A stretch of 63,858 bases of DNA, the filler included, from Octopus bimaculoides (taxonomy: Eukaryota): NCBI RefSeq assembly GCF_001194135.2. It is 4 parts of 4 records of this genome, joined end to end, with 100 filler letters (N's around TTAATTAATTAA, not from the genome) between each part and the next. Parts side by side here need not be neighbours in the genome. Positions count along the whole stretch, not along the records: positions 1 to 29,798 come from NC_069005.1; 3 more parts are not named here. One strand, given 5' to 3'. Position numbers and translations under genes: made by a program. Of this stretch, positions 1 through 11,389 are shown one piece after another. Below the pieces are notes generated by a model that saw only the letters and a list, made by a program, of their open reading frames with translations, ran no database searches and was not told where the DNA came from. Every line of letters starts with the position of its first letter. Position 1 is the first letter of the stretch.

Positions 1-137
1 ATATATATATATGTATACATGTACCTATATATTCAGAGATTTGTGCATGTCTAGCTAAATATGTGTGTTTGTGTACTTGTATGCCTGTGTGTATACATCT
101 ATATATGCATGTATATTTATATATATACACATATAAT

Positions 138-302
138 ACGACAGGCTTCTTTCAGTTTCCGTCTACCAAATCCACTCACAAGGCTTTGGTCGGCCCGAGG
201 CTATAGTAGAAGACACTTGCTCATGGTGCCACGTAGTGGCACTGAACCCGGAACCATGTGGTTGGTAAGCAAGCTACCTATTACACAGCTACTCCTGCGC
301 CT
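138..302 (-). mobile_element. tRNA-derived SINE (family S1: head plus core)
   Basis: The reverse complement begins AGGCGCAGGAGTAGCTGTGTAATAGG...GGTTCCGGGTTCAGTGCC, with A/B-box-like motifs. Near-identical copies occur at 5833-5982, 21084-21225, 31876-32030 and 49365-49525. Confidence 0.85.
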
Positions 303-342
303 AGAAATTATATACATACATATATTTGTTTTATGTGTTTGC

Positions 343-480
343 AGTTTCTGTCTACCGAATTCACTCAAAAGGTATTTGTCATCCCGGGTCTATCGTAGAT
401 GACGCTTGTGGAATGCACTGCACAGTGGGACTTGAACCTGAAACCATGGGGTTACAAAATAAGCTTCTTAACCACAAAGT
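343..480 (-). mobile_element. degenerate S1 SINE copy
   Basis: Diverged match to 138-302 (gtttctgtctaccgaattcactc...gggacttgaacctgaaaccatgggg). Confidence 0.7.
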
Positions 481-525
481 GACAAGTCGTACTAACAATT
501 ATGGAGTTTGTGTGTATGTGTGTGT

Positions 526-564
<39 letters not shown>

Positions 565-570
<6 letters not shown>

Positions 571-687
571 TTTGTGTCTGTTTGTCCCTCCATAACCGTC
601 TAGCAGATCGGCAAAAAGTAACCGATAGAATAAGTACTAGGCTTAAGATATAAGTCCTAGGTTCAATTTGTTCGACTTAAAGCCCTG
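565..687 (+). mobile_element. SINE 3' module (S2: gtctgtttgtccc...gatagaataagtactaggc...gttcgactt)
   Basis: Recurs at 7705-7865, 8540-8745, 21355-21470 and 59735-59855, and inverted at 5746-5800. Confidence 0.7.
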
Positions 688-967
688 ATATATATATANN
701 NNNNNNNNNNNNNNNNNNNNNNNNNNNNNNNNNNNNNNNNNNNNNNNNNNNNNNNNNNNNNNNNNNNNNNNNNNNNNNNNNNNNNNNNNNNNNNNNNNNN
801 NNNGTGTGTATGTATGTATGTATGTATGTATATATGTACATATGTATGCGTGTGCAAAAGAAAGAAAGGAAGAAAGGAAAAAAGAAAATGAATCAATGAA
901 TGAAAAACAGGAATGAGTGAACAATTTCAGAAGTTTCTAAAGAAGGAAAGAAGGAAATATTTAAAAA

Positions 968-1310
968 GTGAATGAATTTAGGAGGCATTTTAAAACAAGG
1001 AATTTGGGATAGAATGACTTTAGGAGAAATCTTTGAAGAAGAATTTTGTGAGAGAATGAACTTAGAAGATATCGTAAAGAGGGAGTTTGAGAATGAAAAG
1101 ACATCGTAAAAAAGAATTTTCGAGAGTGTGAAACCAGGAGATATTGTAAAATATGGAATTTGAGAGGAATGAATTTAGGGATATCATAAAAGAAGGAATT
1201 AAGAGGCAGTGAATTTGGAAGACATGAAAACAGGAACTTTGGAGAGAGGGAATTTAAGAGTTATGGTAGAAGAAGGAATTAGGGAGAAAAATTTGGATCT
1301 CGTAAAATTT
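968..1310 (+). repeat. degenerate ~35-42 bp purine-rich minisatellite, about 8 units
   Basis: Units such as GAATGAATTTAGGAGGCATTTTAAAACAAGGAATTTGGGATA and GAATGACTTTAGGAGAAATCTTTGAAGAAGAATTTTGTGAGA. Confidence 0.7.
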
Positions 1311-1474
1311 GGGATTGTGAAAAGACTGAAATTTATAAAACCACATAACACGATAAAACATTCGGATATTTTCTGATAAAAAGAAGAGGCAATACTTGTT
1401 GAACACTTAAGAAAGCACCATATTGACTTTTGAAAGTACCATGTTGCATGTGCGAGTGTATTGTGAATGTGTGC

Positions 1475-1531
<57 letters not shown>

Positions 1532-1702
1532 TGAAAGACACACACACACATATAGATACACTTACATAGTCATATCTATTTCTAATGAAATACACAGTCG
1601 CTCACTGTACTCTCATACGTAAACATGCAGACACGCACACACACAGACACACACACACATACTACGCACGTGCATACGCTCGCGCGCCCGCACACGCGCG
1701 CA

Positions 1703-3217
1703 TTAACGCAAAGCAAAACGAAAAGTATTTAAATGGTACTTACCATCTTTAGAGTGTGACTGGGGTAAACCTAAATTTGAAAATGGTACGTCCGGTGTGT
1801 CTTGACTATTGTAGTTCTTCTTCGGTGAAGAATCGTCCAGCAGACGGTATTTCATCACAGTTTTCAATCTGAAAGTCACCCAAATCATGAGGAGAAGTGT
1901 AGAAAAAAAAATAGCTGCTTCGACAAGGTACACCATTCCAGGCATAAATTTGGCCGTGGCACTATATATATTTGTAAAAATGGCTGTTCCTAATAGTTTT
2001 GAAGCGGTTTCACCGCAACCGAGTAACGAGAATGTCTTGCCAATTTCGTATTCGCTAACCGTTTTGCTCAAGAGAGACCTGAGGGCAGATATCATCAAGC
2101 CACCCATGGCCCCCAGTCCTATGGACACGTACATCATCCAACTTTTGTTCAAAAAAGCCGCCCAAATTAGTCGTACGACTTTGCAAAATATGGCCACCAT
2201 AATTATCGTGGTGTCAGATATTTTAATAACATTTGATAAGAGCGGTAGAATGAATAGTAAACAAATCCCCATCACTGCGTAATCGATGGACAAGAGAAAG
2301 CCGTAACCGGATTTGGTCCAGCTGAGCGGTCTGTGCTGGACAAATAGAACGGTTGTGTCCATCTCGCCGGTTTTACAGGCTATCTGCAGGACGGAAATGA
2401 GAAATATGGTAAAAATTATACCTCGAGTTCCGTCGTCTCGTTTTCGGAATAACACCATAAGGGAATCTTTGATGTTGGAGAAATTGAAGAAGGACGAAAT
2501 CTTAAAAGTTGTATCTTCGCTGTCCTTTGCTTTCACATAAGTAACGGTCTCCACCAGAAAGAAAACTGTTGTCAAAATGGCTGCTGCGTGGAAAACGGAT
2601 ACTAAAGAGAACATGACTTCAATGCCGACCGCGTCGGCCAGTAAACCGGACAAAAGTGAACCGGCGAAAAGTCCGAAGAAATTCATAGATAGTATTTTTC
2701 CCATCTTCTTGGTTCGATGTTCGTTTTCAGTAATATCCGCTGCATAGCTGTGCACAGCCATCGTGATAACGGAGCTTTTGCCGAGGGCACCCTGGAGGAA
2801 ACCGCCTGTAATTATCATGTACATATTCCACCGTTTCTCCATCAAACTGCCGATGTAAAACAACACTCCGATGATACTACCCATACTGGGAAAAATAATG
2901 GGTAACTTTCGACCGTGTTTGTCGCTCCAAGCACCAAAAAAGAGGCCGAGGAAAATGGCCGGTGTGTAAAGAACAATCCGATGTAACATTATGTAAGTGG
3001 CAGCAAAATGCTGCACTGCGTCCTCTGTTTCTGGGAAAAATCCCAGATTTTCACACACACTACCGTTGCCCAGCGGCTTCATGTTCAGGCAGGTGGCTTG
3101 GATAATGTACGGCCGTATGGTAGCATCTAATAAAGACTCCCCAACCTTGTACAAGAAGAAAACCAACTCCAAGGTACATGTGGAACTGGCTCCACCGCAC
3201 CAAAACGCTTTAAACAT
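1703..3217 (-). CDS. SLC46-family (PCFT/SLC46A3-like) major facilitator transporter, 504 aa, single coding exon
   Basis: Uninterrupted ORF with about 12 hydrophobic segments. It has MFS motif A (GAWSDKHGRK vs human PCFT GAWSDSVGRR), SYAADITENEHRT (vs SVADVSSSRSRT), PLSW (vs PLCW) and ALRSLLSKTV (vs VIRAKLSKLV). A luminal Cys pair flanks an NGS sequon. An in-frame TAA five codons upstream supports the ATG at 3217. The exact paralog cannot be assigned. Confidence 0.93.
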   Translation of the reverse strand: MFKAFWCGGASSTCTLELVFFLYKVGESLLDATIRPYIIQATCLNMKPLGNGSVCENLGFFPETEDAVQHFAATYIMLHRIVLYTPAIFLGLFFGAWSDKHGRKLPIIFPSMGSIIGVLFYIGSLMEKRWNMYMIITGGFLQGALGKSSVITMAVHSYAADITENEHRTKKMGKILSMNFFGLFAGSLLSGLLADAVGIEVMFSLVSVFHAAAILTTVFFLVETVTYVKAKDSEDTTFKISSFFNFSNIKDSLMVLFRKRDDGTRGIIFTIFLISVLQIACKTGEMDTTVLFVQHRPLSWTKSGYGFLLSIDYAVMGICLLFILPLLSNVIKISDTTIIMVAIFCKVVRLIWAAFLNKSWMMYVSIGLGAMGGLMISALRSLLSKTVSEYEIGKTFSLLGCGETASKLLGTAIFTNIYSATAKFMPGMVYLVEAAIFFSTLLLMIWVTFRLKTVMKYRLLDDSSPKKNYNSQDTPDVPFSNLGLPQSHSKDGKYHLNTFRFALR

Positions 3218-3300
3218 TTCACTTGCTTTTACTTAGTTGATATGTTTGTATATGTATATGTATGTATGTGTGTATATATATATGCGCGCGTGTGTGTGTA

Positions 3301-3346
<46 letters not shown>

Positions 3347-4020
3347 TGTGTGTACTGTATGTATCATATACGTGTGCGTGCAGGTTTGCGGATGTGCGTG
3401 TGAGCGTGTTTAGAAGTGTAGAGTGAGGCAACGTTTTACGCGAGCGCGCTTCTGTGTACGTGTGATCGCGCGTGTGGGTGAATATGTGTGAGTGTATTTC
3501 AGTGCGTGTGTGCGCGCGCGTGTGCGTGACAGTGACAGAAGTGAGAGAGACTTACAAAGAGAAAGTTCTTACGCGTGTACGTGTGTTCGTAAGAATGTGA
3601 ACAGGGAAAGGTAAGACTAGTTTGTTTTTCGCTTTTTTTTTTTCGCCTCCGTTCCTTACTTTTTCGGTAATTTAAGTTCCATTCATTCTATTTCTTCTTT
3701 TCTTATGTTTAAATTTCTTTTACTTGTTTTCATTCACGAATTATTTTTCTTTCTTTCTTACTTTCTACTTCTTTCTGAGACAATCTTTCAAACTGACTCC
3801 AAGGCTTCTCTCACTCTCATTCTTTTTTCTTCTCTTTCTTCTCTTCCTCCTCCTCCTTCAACTTCTCCTTCTTCTCTTCAGGCCGTTACATCTCAAAATA
3901 CATCTCATTTTTTTCCTTTAGTCCCTCTCTTTTCCTCCTTTTCTCTCTCTTTCTCTCTCACCTTCCCTCTCTTACTGTTTCTCTCTCTCACACACACGCA
4001 CAGTAACCCACAAACACACA

Positions 4021-4061
<41 letters not shown>

Positions 4062-4479
4062 GTTATATATGTAAATAACAATATATATACATACACACAT
4101 GTAAGTGTGTGTGTGTGTGTGCGTGTGTGTGTGTTTGTATCTATCTGTTTGTCTGTCTGTCAGTCGAATCGAAGCGGTCTGTCACGCAGAGGAAACTCCT
4201 TCCATTCGGCGATCTCCTTTTAAACACACGATTGATTGGTTCTTTGACTACGCTGCCTGCCTGCCTGCCTGTCTGTCTGTCTGCCTGCCCGCCTGCCTGC
4301 CTGCTCGTCTGCCAGTCTGTCTGCCTGTCTCTCTTAATATATTATATCATATTGTCTGGTGTGTGTGTGTGTGTGTGTACGTGTGTGTGCGCGCGCGTGA
4401 GCGTATGTGTGTGTGTGTGTGTGTGTGTGTATATACATATGCACCTGCCTACCTACATACCTATCTGCTTGTCTGACTG

Positions 4480-5350
4480 TCGGCCTGCTACCATCACCGC
4501 AACTGTCACCTTTCTGCCATTGTCAACACCGTCAACTCACGGAAACTACCGAGAACTACCGAACGACCAACCAACCGACCTCCACCACTAACATCGTTGT
4601 CACCCTCTCTTCCATCGCTCTGCCTTCACAGCTACAACTACAACAACAACAACAACTACTACTACTACTACTACTACCACTACTGCCGCACTCACAACCG
4701 CTACTATCATTCTACCACTATAGTTACTATCACACAAGCAATACTAACACCACAGCAGCCTGCAGTATTAACAACACAGCTATTACCAATACAACTTCTA
4801 CCAATACTTTCACACAACTCTTGCCACCACCACCAGCAACAGCACCACTACTATAACTACCACCGAAACTACTACAACCAACATCACTTCAAACAACACC
4901 ATTACCACTGATACAACTACCGCTAATACAACAGTCACCCTTCAACGACCACCACTACCAAAACCCTCAACACCACTACAACCCACACCAATACACCCAC
5001 AAATAAAATCACTACACATCACAACTAGCACTACAACCACTACTACTACTATAACCACTACTACTTAAACTACAAGTATCACTGATAGCTAAACTATCAC
5101 CTACACCTATATCACAAACACTACTTCTACCTCACCATTAACATCACTGTTACACACCACTATCACCCCAAACTACCACTACCACCAGAACTACAGCCAT
5201 TACACTACCAACACTGCAGTACTAATACTGCGCCACCACCACCACCACCATCACATGCCTACCATCAAAGCAACACTACAACCGTCACCACTACTACCAC
5301 GAATGCCACCACCACGCAACAACACCACTTCTACCATCACAGTACTACAG
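4480..5350. repeat. degenerate (ACY/CAA)n trinucleotide low-complexity tract
   Basis: Cryptic ACT/ACC/ACA periodicity that gives spurious Thr/His/Tyr-rich ORFs. Similar tracts occur at 15240-15760 and 22240-22573. Confidence 0.8.
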
Positions 5351-5514
5351 CCTATACGCTGTTACCTATAGCCTCTCTATGTAGTTAACAATCAGTGTTT
5401 CTCTTTCATCATACAATAAGACTACATGTAACGTGTATGTGTGTGTGTATATTTGTGTGCATGTGTGCGCGCGTGTGGATATATACGTGCGCATGTGTGT
5501 GTGAGTATGTGTGT

Positions 5515-5555
<41 letters not shown>

Positions 5556-5745
5556 NNNNNNNNNNNNNNNNNNNNNNNNNNNNNNNNNNNNNNNNNNNNN
5601 NNNNNNNNNNNNNNNNNNNNNNNNNNNNNNNNNNNNNNNNNNNNNNNNNNNNNNNNNNNNNNNNNNNNNNNNNNNNNNNNNNNNNNNNNNNNNNNNNNNN
5701 NNNNNNNNNNNNNNNNNNNNNNNNNNNNNNNNNNNNNNNNNNNNN

Positions 5746-5982
5746 GGACGCAAACACACCAGCATCGGTTGTCAAGCGATGTTGGGGGGACAAACACAGA
5801 CACACAAACATATACACACACATACATATATACGACGGGCTTCTTTGAGTTTCCGTCCACCAAATTTGGTCGGCCCGAGGCTATAGTAGAAGGCACTTGC
5901 CCAAGGTGCCATGCAGTGAGAATGAACCCGGAACCATGTGGTTGGTAAGCAAGCTAAATACCACACAGCCACTCCTGCGCCT
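5746..5982 (-). mobile_element. S1 SINE with S2 module after a microsatellite
   Basis: High similarity to 138-302. The S2 piece is at 5746-5800. Confidence 0.85.
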
Positions 5983-6248
5983 ACCATATGTGTGTGTGTG
6001 TGTGTGTGTGTGCGCGTGTGTGTGTGCATATATATGGTGGGGGTGGAATATGTGTTTGTGGATATGTATGTGTGTCTGTGGATATATGTGTGTGTGTATT
6101 TGTGCTTTTGCATGTGCGTGTGGATACATGTATATAAATGTGCAGATATATATGTGTGTGTGTGGATGTGTGCATCTGTATATTTGTATGTGTAGCTGTA
6201 GATATTTTTACGTTAGTTTCTGTTCATGGATATGTGTGCTTATGGAAA

Positions 6249-6302
<54 letters not shown>

Positions 6303-6644
6303 TGTGTGCGTGTGTGTGCGTGTGTGTGTGTGTGTAAGTATATGTGTATGAGAGTTGGTGTTCTATGAATATACGTGTATGTACATGCTTGTAATTATAT
6401 AAGTATGTGTGAGTTTGTATCTATGGTTTTATGTATGTGGGTACGTGTGTGTGTGTATGTATGTGCATATGCGTGCGTCAGCATGCATACATGTGTACCT
6501 GTGTCGTAAATACAAATGTGTATGCGTGAACTTGCGTCTGTACCTATATGTATGTGTGTAAATACATATGTCAGGTGTAGATATGCGTGAGTTCATGTGT
6601 AATGTTGTACATGTGTGTGCGTATGTGTGCGCAGACGCAGGCAC

Positions 6645-6770
6645 AGCCGTGTGGTTAAGAAGATCGCTTGGAACTACATCTCTTCGAGTTCAGTCTCACT
6701 GTGCGACACCTTGAACAAGTGATTTTTTAGTATAGTCTTATGAGTGAATTTGATAGACGGAAACTGTGTC
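6645..6770 (+). mobile_element. degenerate S1 SINE
   Basis: gcacagccgtgtggttaagaag...cttcgagttcagtctcactgtgcgacaccttgaacaagtg matches the S1 head. Confidence 0.7.
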
Positions 6771-7013
6771 CTCTTGTGTGTGTGTGTGTGTAAGCAGAAT
6801 TTAGGTTAGTTGAAATATGTTTGTCACATATTTTAACTGCTAAAAAGCAAACACACTGCAGTTACCGTGGAGGACAAAAATCTCTCTCTTATGGTAAAAC
6901 GGTGTGAAGACACCCGGTTCGTTCAGTGTCGCCATCTATTGGGAATCCTAGACATCGATGTTTCGAGCTTTTTTTACTCTTGTCAATGGTTAGTTGAAAT
7001 AGGTTTAAATATG

Positions 7014-7156
7014 GTTGTATATTTAAGAGATGCGGAATTATGTACGTTAGACGGATATTTGTCCTCACAACGTTTCATCAGGTGTTTGGGGGAAATTTCG
7101 AACATGGGTTCTCATTCCTAAGGTATTTTTCGCTGTTGTTGTTGTTATTATTATTA

Positions 7157-7196
<40 letters not shown>

Positions 7197-7255
7197 CTGC
7201 TTGGAATCGAACTCGGAATCTTGGGATTAGTAGCCCGCGCTCTTAACCACTACGC
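7014..7255 (-). mobile_element. tRNA-headed SINE with internal (AAT)n and a deleted hammerhead-ribozyme remnant
   Basis: Minus strand reads GCGTAGTGGTTAAGAGCGCGGGCTACTAATCCCAAGATTCCGAGTTCGATTCC (A and B boxes), then (AAT)n, then a body containing AAACACCTGATGA|AACGTTGTG with stem II deleted. Homologous to 47795-48138. Confidence 0.8.
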
Positions 7256-7672
7256 TAATATGTTCCTATCCTTCCTTAATACCAGTTCCCATATGCTACT
7301 CATACCTGCACTCGGTCTGCTTAGGAGGTTGTTGTGTCCTATCATATGTGCTGCTTCTTTTAGTTTTCGTATTTTCCAGTGGTGTTCTCTGTCTATTATT
7401 TTAACTTCATCCCACAGGGGATGGTGGTCTCCATTTTTCCATACATGATCAGCTATACCCGATTTATCAATATCTCCTCGTGTCACAGCTTTACGATGTT
7501 TGTCTACCCGCCTTTGTATAACCTACCACAGCTGCATGGGATGGAGTACACGCAGTCTTTGGTCATTTTCTCTTCTATTGGTGGTTTTACTCGAAGGAGA
7601 TATTTGCGAAGTGTTGTATTACTTTTGAATACTGTCCTGATGTTATATGGGCCGCATATCTTTTGTATCTGT
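7256..7672 (-). mobile_element. Penelope-like element, GIY-YIG endonuclease C-terminal fragment
   Basis: Manual translation gives NIRTVFKSNTTLRKYL...CVYSIPCSCGRLYKG and KSGIADHVWKNGDHHPLWDEVKIIDREHHWKIRKLKEAAH. The fragment is frameshifted and internally deleted. Confidence 0.85.
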
Positions 7673-7704
7673 AGTCAGGTAGGTACGTAGGTAGGTAGAT
7701 ATTA

Positions 7705-7865
7705 TGTATGTGTTTGTCCCCCACCACTGCTTGACAGCCGGTTTTGGTTTGTTCACGTTCCTGTAAGCTAGCGGCTCGGCAACAATAAACCGATAAAATA
7801 AGTACCAGGTTTAAAAAATAACTACTGGGGTCGATTTACGTGGCCGCATCCTAGGGACTGAAACA
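7705..7865 (+). mobile_element. SINE S2 module
   Basis: Matches 565-687 and 8540-8745. Confidence 0.7.
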
Positions 7866-7886
7866 AATAGAATATAAAAGATATGT

Positions 7887-7977
<91 letters not shown>

Positions 7978-8539
7978 CACAGACACACACACATTGCTGT
8001 ATTTTGGGAAGGTCTTTTTTTGCCAAATAAACACACACACTATATATCCGTTCTTCACTCGTATATTACTGTTCTTATGTCCATTGTGCAGAAATCTTTC
8101 GTCACACATCTATGACCTCCTCAGTGACACTTTCCGTTCTCGTGTGTGCTCCTGCTCCGCTTAGTCTATTCTGTTCTTCAGTGATGTGTATCCTTATATT
8201 CGCATGCGTTTGTGTCTATATTTGTGCGTGTGCCTTTGTGTGCGTGTGTGTGTGAGCGTGTGTGTGCGTTTGTGTGTGTGCGTGTGCGCATGCATGCGCG
8301 TACGCTTATCTATGTACGCCTAGATTAAACATATAAGTACCAAGCAATCCAGCATGTGCCCCGTACTTATACATTATAATTTTTCAAATCCACCGCACAA
8401 ACGCAGTTTTTTGTATTTATATTAATAATATATAGTCTATTGACTAATTTTTCTACACGTGGTAGTAAAAAATTTCTAAAATTTTTATTACCCTGATATT
8501 ATCAATTATTGATAATTTTTTCTGGAAATTTTTCGAAGT

Positions 8540-8745
8540 GCTGGTTTGTTTACGTCCCCGTAACTTAGCGGCTCCGCAGAAAAGTTTTCCAGAGAATAAG
8601 TACCAGACTTTAAAAAAACAGCAAAAAAAGAGAGAAGCAGCCCAAGTACTAGGGTCGAATTGTTTGACTAAAACCTTTTATGATAATGCCCCAGCCTGGC
8701 CGCGATCCAATGACTGAAGCAAGTAAAAGACAAAATTTAAGCGAT
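8540..8745 (+). mobile_element. SINE S2 module
   Basis: gctggtttgtttacgtccccgtaacttagcgg...ataagtaccag...ggtcgaattgtttgactaaaacc...aatgactgaagcaagtaaaag. Confidence 0.75.
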
Positions 8746-8973
8746 GAAAGATAAGGAAAAATCTCATGATAAATAACCCAAGTGGACGACTGGAATGGAT
8801 TTTAATAATTCTGTGAGGCGCTAAGGTGTTGAATGACGTAAGCACGAAGAAAATATCTCCCTTAATTTAAACCTGTTTCTTAGATGTAGAAACAAACTTA
8901 ATAAAAATATATTGGCAATTATAAGTGAAAGTGGCTTGACTTGTATTGCATCATAATTTTCAAATAAATGGAG

Positions 8974-9011
<38 letters not shown>

Positions 9012-10259
9012 NNNNNNNNNNNNNNNNNNNNNNNNNNNNNNNNNNNNNNNNNNNNNNNNNNNNNNNNNNNNNNNNNNNNNNNNNNNNNNNNNNNNNNNNN
9101 NNNNNNNNNNNNNNNNNNNNNNNNNNNNNNNNNNNNNNNNNNNNNNNNNNNNNNNNNNNNNNNNNNNNNNNNNNNNNNNNNNNNNNNNNNNNNNNNNNNN
9201 NNNNNNNNNNNNNNNNNNNNNNNNNNNNNNNNNNNNNNNNNNNNNNNNNNNNNNNNNNNNNNNNNNNNNNNNNNNNNNNNNNNNNNNNNNNNNNNNNNNN
9301 NNNNNNNNNNNNNNNNNNNNNNNNNNNNNNNNNATATATATATATATATATATATACATAGGCATACATACACACATACATGCATGCATGTATACTTAGA
9401 AGTTACGCATGCACATAATTGTATAGGTATGAGAAGCATGAATATACAAGCATTATATATACATGTATATGTATATATGTATGTATGTATGTATGTATAT
9501 ATATATACATACATGCATACATATATATATACATGTATATATATGTGTGTGTGCGTGTGTGTATACATACACGTAAAGAGAGAAAGAGAGTGGTAGAGAG
9601 GGTTGAGTTTTAGAGATAGAGCGACAGGGAGTTAGATAGGAAAAAATTATTAGAGGCCCTTTAATATGTTTTAAAAGACAGGTTTCTAAATTAGATGTTG
9701 TAAGGTCTTACTTGAAGGATATAAACGGGCAAAACGCAAAGCAAACGCCTGAGGCAGCTTTCGATACAAATTGTTTACACGAAATTATACAGAATCTAAG
9801 CCATAACATCCCGCGGCTGATTTTATTGAAGTAAAGAAATAGTGTGTTGTTATTGCAGGTGTTTTTGTTGTTATTATCATCATCATCATCATTATCATCA
9901 TCATCATCATCATCGTCATTATTTTGGAAGAAGTGGACGCTTGTTCATGGCTCGTGAGTTTTAAAATTCGTTATTTTATTAGTTGGTATTCCACGTTTTG
10001 TTGAACTTTTAACTAAATAACCCAGCTCCCTGCAAGCAGGACGAGCTGCTCTGACGATAATTCGTCATTTAAGGACGAATTTTGAGATTTAAAATTGCAA
10101 ATTTGATACTTTAAAATAAAGATATCAATATGGCTTCTCAAATCGATTGCCACTATAACATTCTTTTCCCACCACTAGTCGATGTTATCGAAAAGCGAAG
10201 CGCAGACAACAACAATTAGACCTAGGACTGCAGCTCCTTGACAGAGCTGCAGTCCTGGG

Positions 10260-11148
10260 TCAAGCGGTGACGGAGAGAAAGCGCTTGGAGACTGGAATAC
10301 CTTCAAGTGCTCACAGCCCTTAGTCATTGGGGCACTACGATTGGTGGAAAGTCCACCTTGGCGTTCTATAGAGGGTTAGTGGAGAGTAAAATCAACGACG
10401 CTCTTGGGGAGACTGATCGTTAACAATAATCATCTAGCCAAGCTTCTCCGGAGAACTTTCGGTCCAGGACCCATGGACAATTTCCTGAAATCCCTAACTT
10501 GGCAGTGCTACCGAAGAGCATTGCCAGTGCGAGATAAAGTTTACAGGCACGAAAGTGCTGTCAGCCGGGCCTGTCCAAAATGCGCGCAGGGTGATGAAAC
10601 CGTCCTGCATGCACTCATCCGGTGCCCGAGTATTGCTGACTTGTGGACTTATACCGAACACTTACTGTCACGTGTGCGATGGATACGGCTGTCAGCTGTG
10701 CCCATCGTTAAGATTGCCCCGCCACCTTCCTTTCGCCAGGAAGAGCAGTGTTTTTATCTACTTGGTCGCCATAGCGAAAGCGGGCCCTGATAAAATTTTT
10801 CAAGTTTCATTTGAAGAAGAAAATCAGGGTGGAAAAGGAAAGGCTGCCTTCTAGTTTGTTGAAAGGCGAGAGGGGCGAGCATGAATATGGGCCTGTATAT
10901 TGGAGGGGGAAGACTGAGGGAGGACACTTCCTCTGGCGGCCCTGCTGACCGTGGCTTTTTCTGGGCAGTCTCCATGTGTGACCCTCGGATATTCCCCTAA
11001 TCGGGAATTTACATTATTACAATTTGTTTTTATTCGTTATATGACTTTCACACGTTAAAACTCATTTTGTACCGTCCTATGCCATCTGCGCCATCTGTAT
11101 CGTCCATAATGTTCTTCTTCATGTAAGCCCAGTGTGGCTAATAAAGAG
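10260..11148 (+). mobile_element. L1/Tx1-clade LINE, 5'-truncated ORF2 C-terminus plus 3' UTR
   Basis: LTWQCYRRALPVRDK...CPKC...ETVLHALIRCPSIADLW is the zf-RVT/CCHC domain. It is followed by KFFKFHLKKKIRVEK, a T-rich UTR and GGCTAATAAAG. Confidence 0.85.
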
Positions 11149-11389
11149 ATCATTAATATTATTTTTATTGTTATTCTTGTTCTTGTTCGTCTCGCGACAC
11201 ATATTGCATATCGCTCCTGTAAGTATTTTGAGATTTATATTGTGACACAAACTTATATATTGTACATTTTTTATCGTTATATAGATGAACTAACCAAGAT
11301 TTTAGGGGGCAGGTTTGTTTTTCTCCATCTATAGCACTTAGGGGCTAAATTGGGATTTGTTTAGCTTAAAATGCCCCTCAATTTCTGCT

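Noticed and set aside
4407-5350. Thr/Gln/His/Tyr-rich ORFs resembling mucins (also 15266-15785)
   Set aside because: They are translations of degenerate trinucleotide repeats that are open in several frames, with no splice or domain support.
7195-7255. Possible tRNA-Ser(ACT) gene
   Set aside because: The A and B boxes are present, but the T stem and acceptor stem do not pair and it continues into a repeat body. It is a SINE head.
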